A stretch of DNA of 64,000 nt from Mustelus asterias (GCF_964213995.1 NW_027590179.1:124001-188000); one strand, 5' to 3'; shown: positions 12,626 to 25,224, counted from the stretch's first letter. Program-made: numbers and translations. The notes: a model not told the origin generated them from the sequence alone.

Positions 12626-12776
12626 TGATGTGGAGATGCCGGCGTTGGGCTGGGGTCAACACAGTAAGGAATTTAACAACACCAGGTTAAAGTCCAACAG
12701 GTTTATTTGGTAGCTAGTGGCGTTTGCTACCAAATAAACCTGTTGGACTTTAACCTGATGTTGTTAGACTCCTAAC
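12626..12776 (-). mobile_element. Penelope-like terminus, fold-back, 8-bp TSD
   Basis: 41-bp inverted arms. AGTATAAA duplicated at 12618 and 12777. Same family as 21641. Confidence 0.75.
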
Positions 12777-13495
12777 AGTATAAAGACAGGCATACGTGAA
12801 ACTGTAACTGAACTAGAGGAAATAGCGCACATTGCACACCATCTTTTTAACATCGTTGTTCAGAGTAAAGAATTAGGGAAAGCCTCTCAGACAGATGAGG
12901 AAATCGAGAATCAGTGTGGATCTGCTGGACTTCCTGCAGATGAACGAGATTTAGGCGCCAGAATGTTTCACTCGCAGAGTAAAGAGGGATCAAGTATAAC
13001 TAACAGATAATTCTTAAATCTCTTCCCTTTAAAGATATCTGATTTTGTTTAAAAGCTGACTGTCTCAAATAAGCACCATGGGATGTGTATTACCCAGTGA
13101 CTCGATTTCTTTTGTTGGTCAGTCATGCTTGCAATTCAATGTTGTATATTTCAGAGATATTCAGTTCAAAATGAGGTGATATGTAATTAATAAAAATATA
13201 TTAATATTAAACGTTGAAAAGCAAACAAGCACTGGGTGGAGCTGGTTAAAATTATTCGAAGGAAGATGAGAATGATGCATTAATGATTGAGCAGAAATCA
13301 TTGCTCCTTAGATGTTTGCTGGACGACCACTTTTAAATGTTGAAGTTGAAGATAAGTTGAGAAATCAAGTTGAAAGAAATGTTTTTTGTCTTGTATTAAT
13401 TGACATGGGCTCTCAGTGTAACCATTAGAACCTGCAGCAACACAGTGGGGGTGAACATTGCGGTCAGGCCAATTGGTGGCGCTATGTTGTCAGTT

Positions 13496-13568
13496 GTTCC
13501 TGTAGTGTAGTGGTTATCACGTTCGCCTAACACGCGAAAGGTCCCCGGTTCGAAACCGGGCAGAAACA
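13496..13568 (+). tRNA. tRNA-Val(AAC)
   Basis: Matches canonical vertebrate Val-AAC in the D, anticodon and T arms. One acceptor-stem mismatch (C4:A69). Confidence 0.9.
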
Positions 13569-14327
13569 TTAATTTACTCATTCATTGTGAGAGTAGTTTT
13601 GCATGGTTTCAGTTTTTGCTGCACCTCTTCCGAATCTCGATGTTGCAGCCATATTATCTTTGCTCTAAACTCGGCCACAAATGCTCTCAGCAAAATCAGA
13701 AATGCTGTAGTTTAAGACGCAATGAGGAAATAAATGTGTGTATTTGGACACCGTGCGCATATCAGCAACTTGTTCAAACCACAAGAGAATTTAATGGTTT
13801 TATAAATGCAGACTAACATAGTTAATCACCATCTGAAACATGTCAAATAGTATTGTGTGCTCATAAAGACAGACACAAGTGAAACTGTAAATGAACTAGA
13901 GGAAATGGCAGACATTGTCCAGAAGCATCTTTTTGAAATTGTTCTTCATAATAAAGAAATAGGAAAAAGCACTCAGGCAGATGAAGAAATCGAGACTCAG
14001 TGTAGATCTGCTGGACTTTCCTATAGATGAACGGGATTTAAGCACCAGAATATTTCACACGCAGAATAAAGAGGGATCAAGTATAACTGACAGATCATTC
14101 TTAAATCTCTTCCCTTTAAAGATATCTGATTTTGTTTAAAAGCTGACTGTCTCAAATAAGCACCATGGGATGTGTATTACCCAGTGACTCAATTTCTTTT
14201 ATTGGTCAGTCATGTTTGCAATTCAATGTTTCATATTCCCGAGATATTCAATTCAGAATGAAGACGTATGTATTAAATACATGTATTAATATTTAATATC
14301 GAATAACGAAACAAATATTGAGTAACC

Positions 14328-15430
14328 AGCCAACGATTCAAGTCTGGATGACCCTTCATCAGAGCTAAGAGCAAAGAAAAGCAGAAAAGATTTAAATTAT
14401 GGGTGGAAGGGTGGAAGGGGGGTGCTGTAATTGGACAAAGGGAATGCAAATGAGGATAAAGATGGCTGAGAGAGATGCTAAAAATGTCCATTAAGCGATC
14501 AGAATAGCAGAGCAGAGGTAAAGGTGGTTAAGGCAGTTGCCCTGAAAGAGGAGTGGGGGCGGGGGGGGGGGGGGGGGGGGGGCGGGGGGGGGGGGGGGGG
14601 GCGGGGAGGAGGGGGGGGGCGGGGGGCGGTGGTGGGGGGTGGGGGGAGAGGCAAGAAGGAGAGCAGGAATGAAGAAATGGAAATGAGAAAGAAGTATGAT
14701 AAAAATGGGTAAATGAGATGAAGAGAAGAAACAGAATGAAATAAAATAAATGGAAAGGGGATAAAGGTGGCGGGGAGAGTTCATGCTCTGAAGTTGTTGA
14801 ACTCAATGTTTATTCCAGAAGGCTGTAAAGTGTCCAATTGGAAGATGAGGCACTGTTCCTCCAGTTTGCGTTGGGGTTCATTCAAACATTGCAAAAGGCC
14901 AAGGACGGACATGTGGACAGGAGAGCAGGGTGGGGTGTTGAAGTGACAAGAACTGGAAGTTCTGGGTCCTGCTTGCAGACGGACTGAAGGTGTTCAGCAA
15001 AGCGATCACCCAGTTTGTGTTTGGTCTCTCCAATGTAGGAGAGTAGACTTCATGGGGAGGAGCGAATGCAATAGACTAGACTGAAGGAGATGCATGTGAA
15101 TCGCTACTTCACCTGAAAGGGGTGTTCAGGACTTGGGATGGTGAGCAGGGAGCAGGTAAAGGGACAGGTGTTGCACCTTCCACCATTGCATGGGAAGATG
15201 CTGTGGGCAGGGGATGGGATGTTGGGTGGGATGGAGGCGTGGACCAGGCTGTCCCAGAGAGAACCTTCCTTGTGAAATGCTGTTGGGTGTGAGTGGTGAG
15301 GTGAAGATGTGTTGAGGAGTGGCTTCATGCTGGAATTGGCAGCAATGGCGGAGGATGATACTTTGAACACGGAGGCTGGTCTCTGGTCTGGTAAAAAGCA
15401 TGAACAAGGGGAGCCCTGTCCTCTTTCTAG
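14328..15430 (-). mobile_element. Penelope-like retroelement 3' part (GIY-YIG endonuclease remnant plus terminal hammerhead)
   Basis: IFPCNGGRCNTCPFT..FQVK followed by a degenerate YCIR..YIGETK. Terminal CTGATGA..GAAT motif at 14328-14366. Confidence 0.85.
14554..14647 (+). repeat. Poly-G / G-rich tract
   Basis: Long G runs inside the Penelope 3' region. Confidence 0.9.
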
Positions 15431-15996
15431 GAGGGATTATGTGAATGCCAAATCTTTCCTGATTTGTATTATTCTTATTGTGATGTAACCTATAGATTGT
15501 AGGACTCCTGTGAAACTGAATGCGAGTTGTTTTCTGCACAGATAGCTTTGAAATTTGCTGTTGAGTGCAATGAGGTTGGGTTCAACGCCTGCAATGTTCT
15601 GCGAACGCTCCACAATTTAAAAATAAGTCTTTAATTCCAAACTGCGGTCGCAAACAATGGGTATATTCCCATTACCATGACATTAATTGTATCGCAGCTT
15701 GATGTATTTCCATTCACTGGCTTCCAGCGCACCACCGACTGGTGGAGCAAGACCACAAAGTGGCATGATTGTCTTTTGGAAGAATGAGTCGAGTACGGTT
15801 CTGTGCTGGATCTGCCTGACAGATTGGATTCTGCAGTTGTTTTCTCCACTGCTGCTGGAAACAGTTAGGTGGTGGTTTCATCTGAGGTTAACTTGGTTTC
15901 CTCTGTGTGTGTGTGTTTGAGAAGCTGACAGCTCAGTTAACATCTTGCCATTAGGCAATCCTCAATCGTCTCGGGCTCATTCCTCCAGTGTAAGCA

Positions 15997-16035
15997 GGTT
16001 TTTGCACGAAAGTGGACCTTCTTTCTATCACTGTG
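15997..16035 (-). other. 23-RSS of V-C
   Basis: CACAGTG, 23 bp spacer, GCAAAAACC. Confidence 0.95.
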
Positions 16036-16497
16036 CGTCTGAACGCGCAGTAATAAACGGCAGCATCAGTCTGGCTCAGGTCCAATATATTTAAACTCAT
16101 GAATTTGTTCGAGGCCTGTAGATCCACATAGAACCGACTTTTAAAAACATCTGCGTTATCTTCATAACCATCAGGATCTTTCCGCAGAATAAAGACGGGC
16201 TGCGTGTCCGGAAGTTGTCGGTACCAGTACAGCCTATAGTCGCTCTCTGTGGTTTGATAGTCACAGGTCAAGGTCACGATCTCGCCTTCTCTCTTAACAT
16301 CTGATGAGAGCGACTGGGTGACAGAATCTCCATGACTCAGGTCTGAAAATAACAAAACAGAAAATGTTCAGACGGGCGAATCATGAAAGAGACGGTCTGG
16401 AACCAAGCTGGGAAATGTGAGAAACGGTGCAATGTATTTTTCACATAATTACTGTTAGGAATGGTCCCCACATTACCCACACACCGACCAGCCACAT
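16036..16497 (-). CDS. TCR alpha/delta-type V segment C: open V exon 16036-16342, candidate leader 16453-16497
   Basis: GDSVTQ..VTLTCDY..LYWYRQLP..TDAAVYYCAFR keeps both Cys and the Trp. Leader MWLVGVWVMWGPFLT. The donor appears one base out of phase. Confidence 0.85.
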
Positions 16498-17074
16498 TGT
16501 CGCTGTGCGCTCTGTAGAAGGGGAGCTGGGTGTTTGATTTCATCAAGTCTAATGTTTGCCCTCAATAATCAGCTTCCTGTTTCCGGATGTTCTCAGCTCC
16601 CTCCCTTCTGTCCCCAGTAATGCTGTGTGACACCCAAGGTGGTGAGATAGCAGACAGTAAAAAAAACGCACCGTGAGCTGGATGACAATCACTATCCTTA
16701 CAGAGAGAACTTGCAGATTTAACGATTGACTTGGGGAAGAATGTAGAAAAATGGGGTGTAGGAATATGGGAACAGCAGTAGGCCATTCTGCCCTTCGATT
16801 CTGTTTCGTCATTCAGTCAGATCAGGACTGATAAGCCTGAACACCACTTTCTGGCGCTATCTGCATCGCCCTTGATGAGATTTTGCTCCTTAAAGCTATT
16901 GATTGAACATACTCAACAATTGACATTCCACAAAGCCCGTTAATTTTCTTATTTTCTGTGACCCGGAAGCTAAGGAAGGCTAAATAGCTCTGCCATTTTA
17001 TTTTTTAAACGTCCATTAGCCTTATTATAAGGACAGTTTCAATCGTGAATCCAGTGAAAGTTTGTTCTGTGTGC

Positions 17075-17232
17075 GGGACATGGGTGCCACTGGTTGGCCA
17101 GCATTTATTGTCCATCACTAGTTGAGAATCAACCACATTGCAGTGGCTCTGGTGTCACATGTAGGCCAGACCAGGTAAGGAATGCAGTTTTTCTTCCCGA
17201 AATTACATTAGTGAACCAGATTCTTAATTGTA
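17075..17232 (-). mobile_element. Deu-domain (SacSINE1-like) SINE, interrupted by CR1 and continuing at 19018-19115
   Basis: CAACCACATTGCAGTGGCTCTGG..CACATGTAGGCCAGACCAGGTAAGG core. Confidence 0.65.
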
Positions 17233-19017
17233 CATAGAAGATAGAACATTACAGCGCAGTACAGGCCCTTTGGTCCTCGATGTTGCGCCGACCAGTGAAA
17301 CCAATCTAAAGCCCATCTAACCTACACTATTCCAATATCATCCATATGTTTATCCAATGACCATTTAAATGCCCTTAATGTTGGCGAGTCCCCTACTGCT
17401 GCAGGCAGGGCACTCCACGCCCTTACTACTCTCTGAGTGAAGAACCTACCTCTGACATCAGTCCTAAATCTATCACCCCTCAATTTAAAGCTATGTCCCC
17501 GCGTGCTAGCCAACACCATCCGAGGAAAAAGGCTCTCACTATCCACCCTATCTAATCCTCTGGTCATCTTGTATGCCTCTTAACCGTCTTCTCTCTAATG
17601 AAAACAACCTCAAGTCCCTCAGCCTTTCCTCATAAGACCTTTCCACCATACCAGGCAACATCCGAGTAAATCTCCTCTGCACCCTTTCCAATGCTTCCAC
17701 ATCCTTCCTATAATGCGGCGACCAGAACTGCATGCAATACTCCAAGTGTGGCCGCACCAGAGTTTTATACGGCTGCAACATGACCTCCTGGCTCCGAAAC
17801 TCAATCCCTCTACCAATAAAAGCTAACACTCCGTACGCCTTCTTAACAACACTATCAACCTGGGTGCCAACTTTCAGGGATCTATGCACATGGATACCGA
17901 GATCTCTCTGTTCATCCACACTACCAAGTATCTTACCATTAGCCCAGTACTCTGTAATCCTGTTACTCCTTCCAAAGTGAATCACCTCACACTTTTCCGC
18001 ATTGAACTCAATTTGCCACCTCTCAGCCCAGCACTGCAGCTTATCTATGTCCCTCTGTAACCTGCAACAACTTTCCGCACTGTCCACAACTCCACCGACT
18101 TTAGTGTCATCCGCAAATTTACTAACCCATCCTTCCAAGCCTTCATCCAAGTCATTAATAAAAATGACAAACAGCAGAGGCCCCAAAACAAATCCTTGCG
18201 GTACACCACTAGTAACTGAACTCCAAGGTGAACATTTCCTATCAACCACCACCCTCTGTCTTCTTACAGCGAGCCAATTCCTGATCCTAACCGCTAAATC
18301 ACCCTCAATCCCATGCCTCCATATCTTCTGCAATAGCTTACCGTGAGGAACCTTACCAAACGCTTTACTGAAATCCATATACGCCACATCAACTGCTTTA
18401 CCCGTATCCACCTCTTTGGTCACCTTCTCAAAGAACTCAATAAGGTTTGTGAGGCACGACCTACCCTTCAGAAAACCGTGTTGACTATCTCTAATCAAAT
18501 TATTCCTTTCTAGATGATTATAAATCCTATCTCTTCTAATCCTTTCCAAAACTTTGCCCACAACAGAAGTAAGGCTCACTGGTCTATAATTACCAAGGTT
18601 GTCTCTACTCCCCTTCTTGTACAAGCGGACAACGTTTGCTATCCTCCATTCTTCTGGCACTATTCCTGTAGACAATGACGACATAAAGATCAAAACCAAA
18701 GACTCTGCAATCTCCTCCCGAGCCTCCCAGAGAATCCTGGGATAAATCCCATCCGGCCCAGGGGACTTATCTATTTTCACACTTTCCAGAATTCCTAACA
18801 CCTCCTCCTTATGAACCTCAATCCCGTCTAGTCCAATAGCCTGTATCTCAGTATTCTCCTTGACAACACTGTCTTTTTCCTGCGTGAATACTGACGAAGA
18901 ATATTAAGTTAGCGCCTTTCCTATCTCTTCAGGCTCCACGCACAACTTCCTACTACTTGTCCTTGACTGGCCCTAATCTTACCCTAGTCATTCTTTTATT
19001 CCTGAAATACCTATAGA
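17233..19017 (-). mobile_element. CR1 LINE, 5'-truncated
   Basis: 417-aa RT ORF 17548-18801. TSD AATTGTA at 17226 and 19018. Confidence 0.95.
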
Positions 19018-19236
19018 AATTGTAGATTTATTTTTACTGAATTGGGTCTTCGCACTCTAGCTGAGCTTTTGGATTAATCGTCGAGCGATAATATCACCAG
19101 GACATCGTCTCCCCTGTAGTGAATATCAGCAAAACTGAAAATGTATGGAGGCACTACAGAGTGAATCATGCTGCATTTAAAGAAGTTCAATGTTATTACC
19201 ATTCTCTGCTCCGTTCACCCTGTGACTTTGAGGCAG

Positions 19237-19550
19237 TGTTTTGGTGCGGGGCTCCCTCTGGTTTCTGTCTCTGAGTCTGTCAGTCCGCAGTAATACACCG
19301 CGTGGCCAGACAATCGCAGCTCACGGATGGGGAAATTTCCATTGTTTTTCGACCGGTCAATAGATGCAGAAAATCAGGCTCCCATGTCCTCTGCAATGGA
19401 AATGTCTCCATAATTAGAATGTAGTTCAAGAAAATGGGAGCTTTCTCTCGGTCCTTGCGGTACAATTGAATGTAATATGCACCAACTGCTCAGCAGTTGA
19501 ACTTAATGGTCACCGAGTCTCCTTCAAACGTCAAGCTGAATTGTGGATTG
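19237..19550 (-). pseudogene. TCR-type V segment D, decayed, with degenerate 23-RSS
   Basis: FEGDSVTIKFNC*..IQLYRKDREKAPIFL..FSASIDRSKNNG..HAVYYCGL, then CTCAGAG-23-ACCAAAACA. 5' end replaced by a SINE tail. Confidence 0.75.
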
Positions 19551-19816
19551 TGGTCGGTGCATACTCCATGGGCCGAATGGCCTCCTTTTGCACTGTATAG
19601 TTTCTATGATTCGATGAAGTTTTGGGAACCGGAGTTCGAATTCTAACACGACAGATTAACTCAATTCAAGGGCAATTAGGGATGCCTGTAAATGAGTAAA
19701 GAAAATACTATCTGTGCAACTTTTCCTCACTTAAACGAATAGGTTTTGAGAAAGTTTGCACCCGATTTTGAAAGGTCGGACCAATATGTAAACATTGCTA
19801 TATCTTGCACGTGTGT

Positions 19817-19889
19817 GGGCCAGTGGCGCAATGAATAACGCATCTAGCTACGGATTAGAAGAGTCCAGATTCGACTCCTGGCTGACACA
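19817..19889 (+). pseudogene. tRNA-Arg(ACG) pseudogene
   Basis: GGGCCAGTGGCGCAATGAATAACGC..CTACGGA..GATTCGACTCCTGGC with multiple stem-breaking substitutions. Confidence 0.85.
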
Positions 19890-20299
19890 TGGGCACTTTT
19901 CAACAACAGTTCATTAACTCCACGTTAGTTTCGATGAACAAAACGTGTTTTCAGTAACTTTAAACAAATGTTGGCCAAATACAGTAAGCTTCGATGAAGA
20001 AAGTTTTCCTGGGTGATTGTTTTTTTAAAGTTGACTATTTTAAGAAAAGTTCCACTCAAAAACTTTCATCAATTACTTTTAAACTAGTTTCTTTAAATGA
20101 CGAATTCCCCTTAAATTGTGGTTGGTGCTGACTTGGTAGGCCGAATGGCCTCCTTCTACACTGCACGGGTTCTCTGGATTCTCTGGATTCATCGCAGTAA
20201 CCGGCTCGTGAGACCGCATCTGCAGCAGTGAAATCTGCAGAAATTTAGAAATATCGAACGTTAAGTTGATATTGTAACTAATAGCGTCAGGGAACGGAT

Positions 20300-20873
20300 C
20301 ACATTGTAAACCTCGATCAGGTCACCCTTCAACCTCCTTATCTTGTCAAAGGCTTCACTGAAGTCCATGTATATAACATCCACTGCCTTTCCCTCTTCTA
20401 CCATCTTAGTCAGTTCCTCGAAAATCGCAATGACGTTAGTGAGGCATGACCACCCCTTCACAAAACCACGCTGTCTATCACTAATAAGTCCATTTGTTTC
20501 CAAATGTGATAAACCCTGTCCCTCAGAATATTTTCTAATAATTTCCTGGATTATCCCTGCTGCCCTTCTTACAAGGGCTGCTGCCATTCTGGAACTATCC
20601 TTCAGTCCTCTGGAACTTCACCTGTAGCCAGTGAGGATACAAAGATTACTGTCAAGGCCCCAGCAAATTCGCCCTTGCCTCCCTCAGTTTTCTGCGATAG
20701 ATCCCATTAAGCCCTGGGGGCTTACCTACTTTAATGTTTTTTTAAGACGCCCAACACCTCCTCCTTTTCGATATCGAGATGACCCTGAATATCTACTCAT
20801 CCAACCCTTGGCTCCTCACCTATCAAGTCCCTCTCTTTTGATGAATACTGAGGCAAGGTATTCATTTAGTATT
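20300..20873 (-). mobile_element. CR1 fragments with internal deletions
   Basis: GFVKGWSCLTN..YMDFSEAFDK joined directly to RRLKGDLIEVY. Confidence 0.85.
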
Positions 20874-20874
20874 T

Positions 20875-21525
20875 GGGAGAAAGAGTCGAGAGCTTCAAGT
20901 TTGTAGGTGCCCAGATCACCAACAACCTGTCCTAGTCCCCCCACGCCGACACTATGGTTAAGAAAGCCCATTAACGCCTCTACTTTCTCAGAAGACGAAG
21001 GAAATTTGGCATGTCAGCTACTACTCTCACCAACCTTTACAGTTGGGCCATAGAAAGCATTCTTTCTCGTTGGATTATAGCTTGGTATGGCTCCTGCTCT
21101 GCCCACAGCCGCAAGGAACTAGAAAAGGTCGTGAATGTAGTCCAATCCATCACGCAAACCAGCCTCTCACCCATTGAGTCTGTCTACGCTTCCTGCTGCC
21201 TCGGCAAAGCAATCAACATAATTAAGGACCCCACAAACCGCGGACATTCTCTCTTCCACCTTCTTCTTTCGGAAGAAAGATACAAAAGTCTGAGTTCACG
21301 TACCAACCGACTCAAAAACAGCTTCTTCCCTGCTGCTGTCAGACTTTTGAATGGACTTACCTTGCATTAAGTTGATCTTTCTCTACACTCTAGCTATGAC
21401 TATAATCGTACATTCTGCACTCTCTCGTTTCCTTCTCTATGAATCGTATGTCTTGTCTGTATTGCGCGCAAGAAACAATACTTTCACTGTATGTTAATAC
21501 ATGTGACAATCATAAATCAAATCAC
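20875..21525 (+). mobile_element. Rex1/Babar-type LINE 3' end
   Basis: IESILS..IIAWYGSC..TNRLKNSFFPAAVRLLN, (AAATC)n-like tail. Confidence 0.8.
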
Positions 21526-21550
21526 AACATCTGACTTGGAGACAACGAAA

Positions 21551-21640
21551 GGGCTCGTCCACGATTTGAACCCAGGACCCCTTGCATGCTCATCAACTGA
21601 AATTCCCTAAGCGCGAATCAGACCCCTGCACCAACGAAAC
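21551..21640 (-). pseudogene. tRNA-Pro(AGG)-derived gene with 18-nt insert at position 37/38
   Basis: Two 36-nt halves align without gaps to vertebrate Pro-AGG. Insert at 21587-21604. Confidence 0.85.
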
Positions 21641-21800
21641 TGATGTGGAGATGCCGGCGTTGGACTGGGGTAAGCACAGTAAGAAGTCTCACAACACCAG
21701 GTTAAAGTCCAACAGGTTTATTTGGTAGCAAATACCATAAGCTTTCGGAGCACAGCTCCTTCGTCAGATGGAGTGGATATCTGTTCTCAAACAGTGCACA
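21641..21800 (-). mobile_element. Penelope-like terminal repeat
   Basis: Contains a hammerhead core followed by AATAAA on the minus strand. Same family as 12626. Confidence 0.75.
21735..21771 (-). ncRNA. Minimal type I hammerhead ribozyme
   Basis: CCAT-CTGACGA-A-GGAGC(TGT)GCTCC-GAA-AGCT-T-ATGG: intact core, perfect stems I and II, palindromic stem III. Confidence 0.75.
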
Positions 21801-22374
21801 GAAACTGCACATAAGCAAGCATTAAAATATAACTCATTTATCTTTCTCCAAAGCAGTTCTGACACCTCCAGTGAAAGACAAAATTGTTGAAAAAACTCAC
21901 CGCATCAGCATTTGTGGACTTAAAGCTCCAGCGAAATATCCGCTCAATATTGTTACCTCGACTGTCTGCAGCTGGGGGCTTTTGTTTATAAAGTGCACAC
22001 GTTACAGTCAATATTTTAACCCAGCAACTTCAACATGTGTCAACTCTGAGTCTGCCTTTGATATTTGATCACTTTTGAAAGGTGTGGTCTGTCACACAGT
22101 TAACTGCTCTGGAACAATTAAAGTACAGATTGATGACCTTGTTCACCTGGGAGATCTGCGGGTTTGTGTGAATGGAATCGGGGATCGATTGGACTGATCT
22201 GATAGTAATATGAGTAAAAATATGTCAAATTTCTCAACAGTGACAATCATTAACCTCAGTGAGGGAAAACGCTCAGACGGGGCTGTATTGTCACGTTCAC
22301 TATGTTTAAATTTTATCTGATTTTTAACCCCATGTGTTGTCCTGACAATGAATCATTGATTATCGACCTGTGCC

Positions 22375-22413
22375 AGATTTTGTATGAGGTCCGCGGGAGC
22401 CTCATTCACTGTG
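22375..22413 (-). other. 23-RSS of V-B
   Basis: CACAGTG, 23 bp spacer, ACAAAATCT. Confidence 0.9.
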
Positions 22414-22890
22414 ACTCTCAGTGCACAGTAATACACGGCGCTGTCTGTCACCTTCAAATCTTGCATGGGCAAGTGAAAAGTGCTTTGTTTCAGGTTGAGA
22501 TTCCCGCTGAAGTGTTCAAAACCTGGAGCCGTATCGGTAAATTAGCGGCTCTGAGCAGTTAATGAGGAGTTCGGTGTGTATACTGGCGATACCAGAACAG
22601 GTAATGTTGTATAGTTGAACTCGGTACCGAGTAACTGCCGGGTATTGCTGAATCTTCACCCTCTGCTGCTTCAACTCCTGGTTCTGACTGGGACACTGAG
22701 TTACCGTTACTCATGTCTGAAAATAGGCAACAGACACGCAGCGGGTTAGAAGGAGTAACAACAACGGGATAATCGTCTCGAGATGGAAATGGGGAATGAA
22801 TATGGTGACTGGCGGATTTCACGCAGAAGTTCAAAATGACAGACCTGTAATCAGGACAATAACCAGAGTGAGACAGAGTTTCACCCCCAT
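22414..22890 (-). pseudogene. TCR-type V segment B, paralogue of A (leader 22845-22890, V exon 22414-22716)
   Basis: Leader MGVKLCLTLVIVLIT with phase-1 GT. First Cys>Gly, stop at 22559-22561, CDR2 frameshift. Ends DSAVYYCALR. Confidence 0.9.
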
Positions 22891-23644
22891 GGTTCGAGTT
22901 TGAACACCAGGAACAGAGCGACTGATCACTGTCTGCATCAGATCTGTAATTGGCGAAGTTGAAACAGTCAGGGGGATGTTATGAGATCGAAGGTGACTCC
23001 ATCTCTCCGCCCATTTTTACATCTTCAAACAGACCCCTCCTTTCGAAGGGAATCGTGATCTTTCATAAGTGATCAGAGACCGCCCTCCCGTGGACAGCAC
23101 AGCCGCATATTGGGAACAGGTACACACACGGCAACCTGCAAAGACTGACACATCTGGAGACCATAGAATCATAGAACCCCTACAGTACAGAAGGAGACCA
23201 TTCGGCCCAGCGAATCTGTACCGACCACAATTCCACCGAGGCCCTATTCCCGTAACCGCACACACAATCTCCCTGACACTAGGGGTCAATTTAGCATGGC
23301 CAATCCACCTAATCCGCACATCTTTGGTCTGTTGGAGGAAACCACAGCACCCGAGGTATCCCAGCAGACATGGGAGAACAGATACACACACGGTCACGTG
23401 GAAAGACCAACACGAATAAGGATATATAACCATATAGATATATGCCCAGGCAGTGACATCAATTCTAACGTCCCTCTTTATAACTCCAGAATTATTCTGC
23501 AGATTTCTGACAACTATTAGTTTGCGTTGCTAACCATGATAATGCATGAATACTTCCACCTCCGTGTTCACTGGAAGCCTCGGATACTGCACAGAATCAA
23601 CACAGAGACAAGTAAACTAAGTGATAGATTCCCAAACCAATTGA

Positions 23645-23858
23645 GTCAAACATAGAGTCATAGAGGTTTACAGCATGGAAACAGGCCCTTCGGCCAACTT
23701 GTCCATGCCGCCCTTTTTTTGAACCACTAAGATAATACCAATTGCCTGCATTTGGCCCATATCTCTCCCTACCCATCGTGCCCATGTAACTGTCTAAATG
23801 CTTTTTAAAATATAAAATTGTACCCGCCTCTACTACTCCCTCTGGCAGTGTGTTCCAC
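23645..23858 (-). mobile_element. CR1 3' end
   Basis: Reverse complement of the tail type seen at 9800-10020. Absent from the paralogous block. Confidence 0.85.
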
Positions 23859-25059
23859 TAGACACACGGACAATCACTAAGAAAGATAACCAAGCACATT
23901 AGCACAGCCATTGACACACAAAATAGAAATGAACTCATTGGCAACGTAAAAAGCGTGCTAGCTCCAGAGTAAACTTCCTGAACTGGAATTCCCTGGTGTG
24001 GTGTAAGTGCGGCAATATCGTGTTAGATATTCATTGCGATGGAACACGACATTTCAACAACAGGAGCAGCCGGAAATCTATTTCTCATCAATGGTGATCA
24101 TTGATTGACGACTCGATGTGGACCGTTTTGCAGAATAAGCAATAATGGATGTATTTATTTTTACCGCCAAACATATCCTGATGTGTCCGTGTCCAAAATT
24201 TATTTACTCGTGTCACAACCATGCTTACATTAATACTGCAAGTTACTGTGAAAATCCCCTCGTCGCCAAATACCGCCGCCTGTTTGTGTACACTAAGGAG
24301 GAATTTTAATTGAACCCAGGTCCCTAGCGTTGTGAAACAGCAGTGCTAACCACTGTGCCACTGTGTTGCCGTATGTGAAGTCCGTATGAGTAAGACAGAT
24401 TCCCCATCCATTCTCGAGGTTCTCGGATTGGATGTTCGGGACACAGGAGGACAACACAAGAAGACTGCTTCAGGTGTAGGTGATTCATTCTCGTCGGTTA
24501 TATTCCACACTCTGTGGAAGGTTGTGGTGTAAATGTAGTTATATTAGATGTAATTCAGAAATAATGAGGAGATGCTTCATCAGATTTAAATTCGTTTTGT
24601 AAAATCGATATGAAATCAATTGCATAAATAAATATATGTTTATATTGAAAACTATATCGGGAAGCTAAATCCAATATTTACTGCCACTGGGTAAGGGAAA
24701 GGTTGTTAAAGCAAATTGTACACGGAGTCTGCAGAAACTCCTTCTTCAAATGGGGATTTTGCAATGACTTAAAAGGGAGAAAAATCAGCTTCATGGAATA
24801 AGAGGAGGAAATTGAAATTGGAACAAAGAACAGTTCAGCACAGGAACAGGCCCATCGACCCACCAATCCCGCAACGTCATATCGATTGTTTAGCTCCTCA
24901 TAAAATAATTCGCATAGATCTGATGGATTGATGAGCCTCTCGTCGTTCTGTGCGATTGTCAACCATTTTCAATCATTCTTAGACTAATGTGTCTACAACA
25001 TTCCCAATGAATGTTGCAACATTTCAAGACAGCGCCATTGGGCTACAGAGCAGCTGACA

Positions 25060-25132
25060 GTTTCCGTGGTGTAGTGCTGATTGCATTTGCCTCACGCGCG
25101 CAAGGGCCCACGTTCGAAATCGAGCAGAAGCA
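25060..25132 (+). pseudogene. tRNA-Val(CAC) pseudogene
   Basis: 73 nt, colinear with Val, many substitutions. Confidence 0.8.
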
Positions 25133-25224
25133 TTAATGAAATTTGTTCATTAAGGTTGAGGGAAGTCTGTATAATTTCAGATTGTAGCTGAACATTATCC
25201 AAAACTCGAGGTTACAGCCATGTT

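Noticed and set aside
14491-14806. Poly-Pro/poly-Gly ORFs (also 50996-51392)
   Set aside because: Translations of G/C homopolymer tracts inside retroelements; run lengths may be sequencing-inflated
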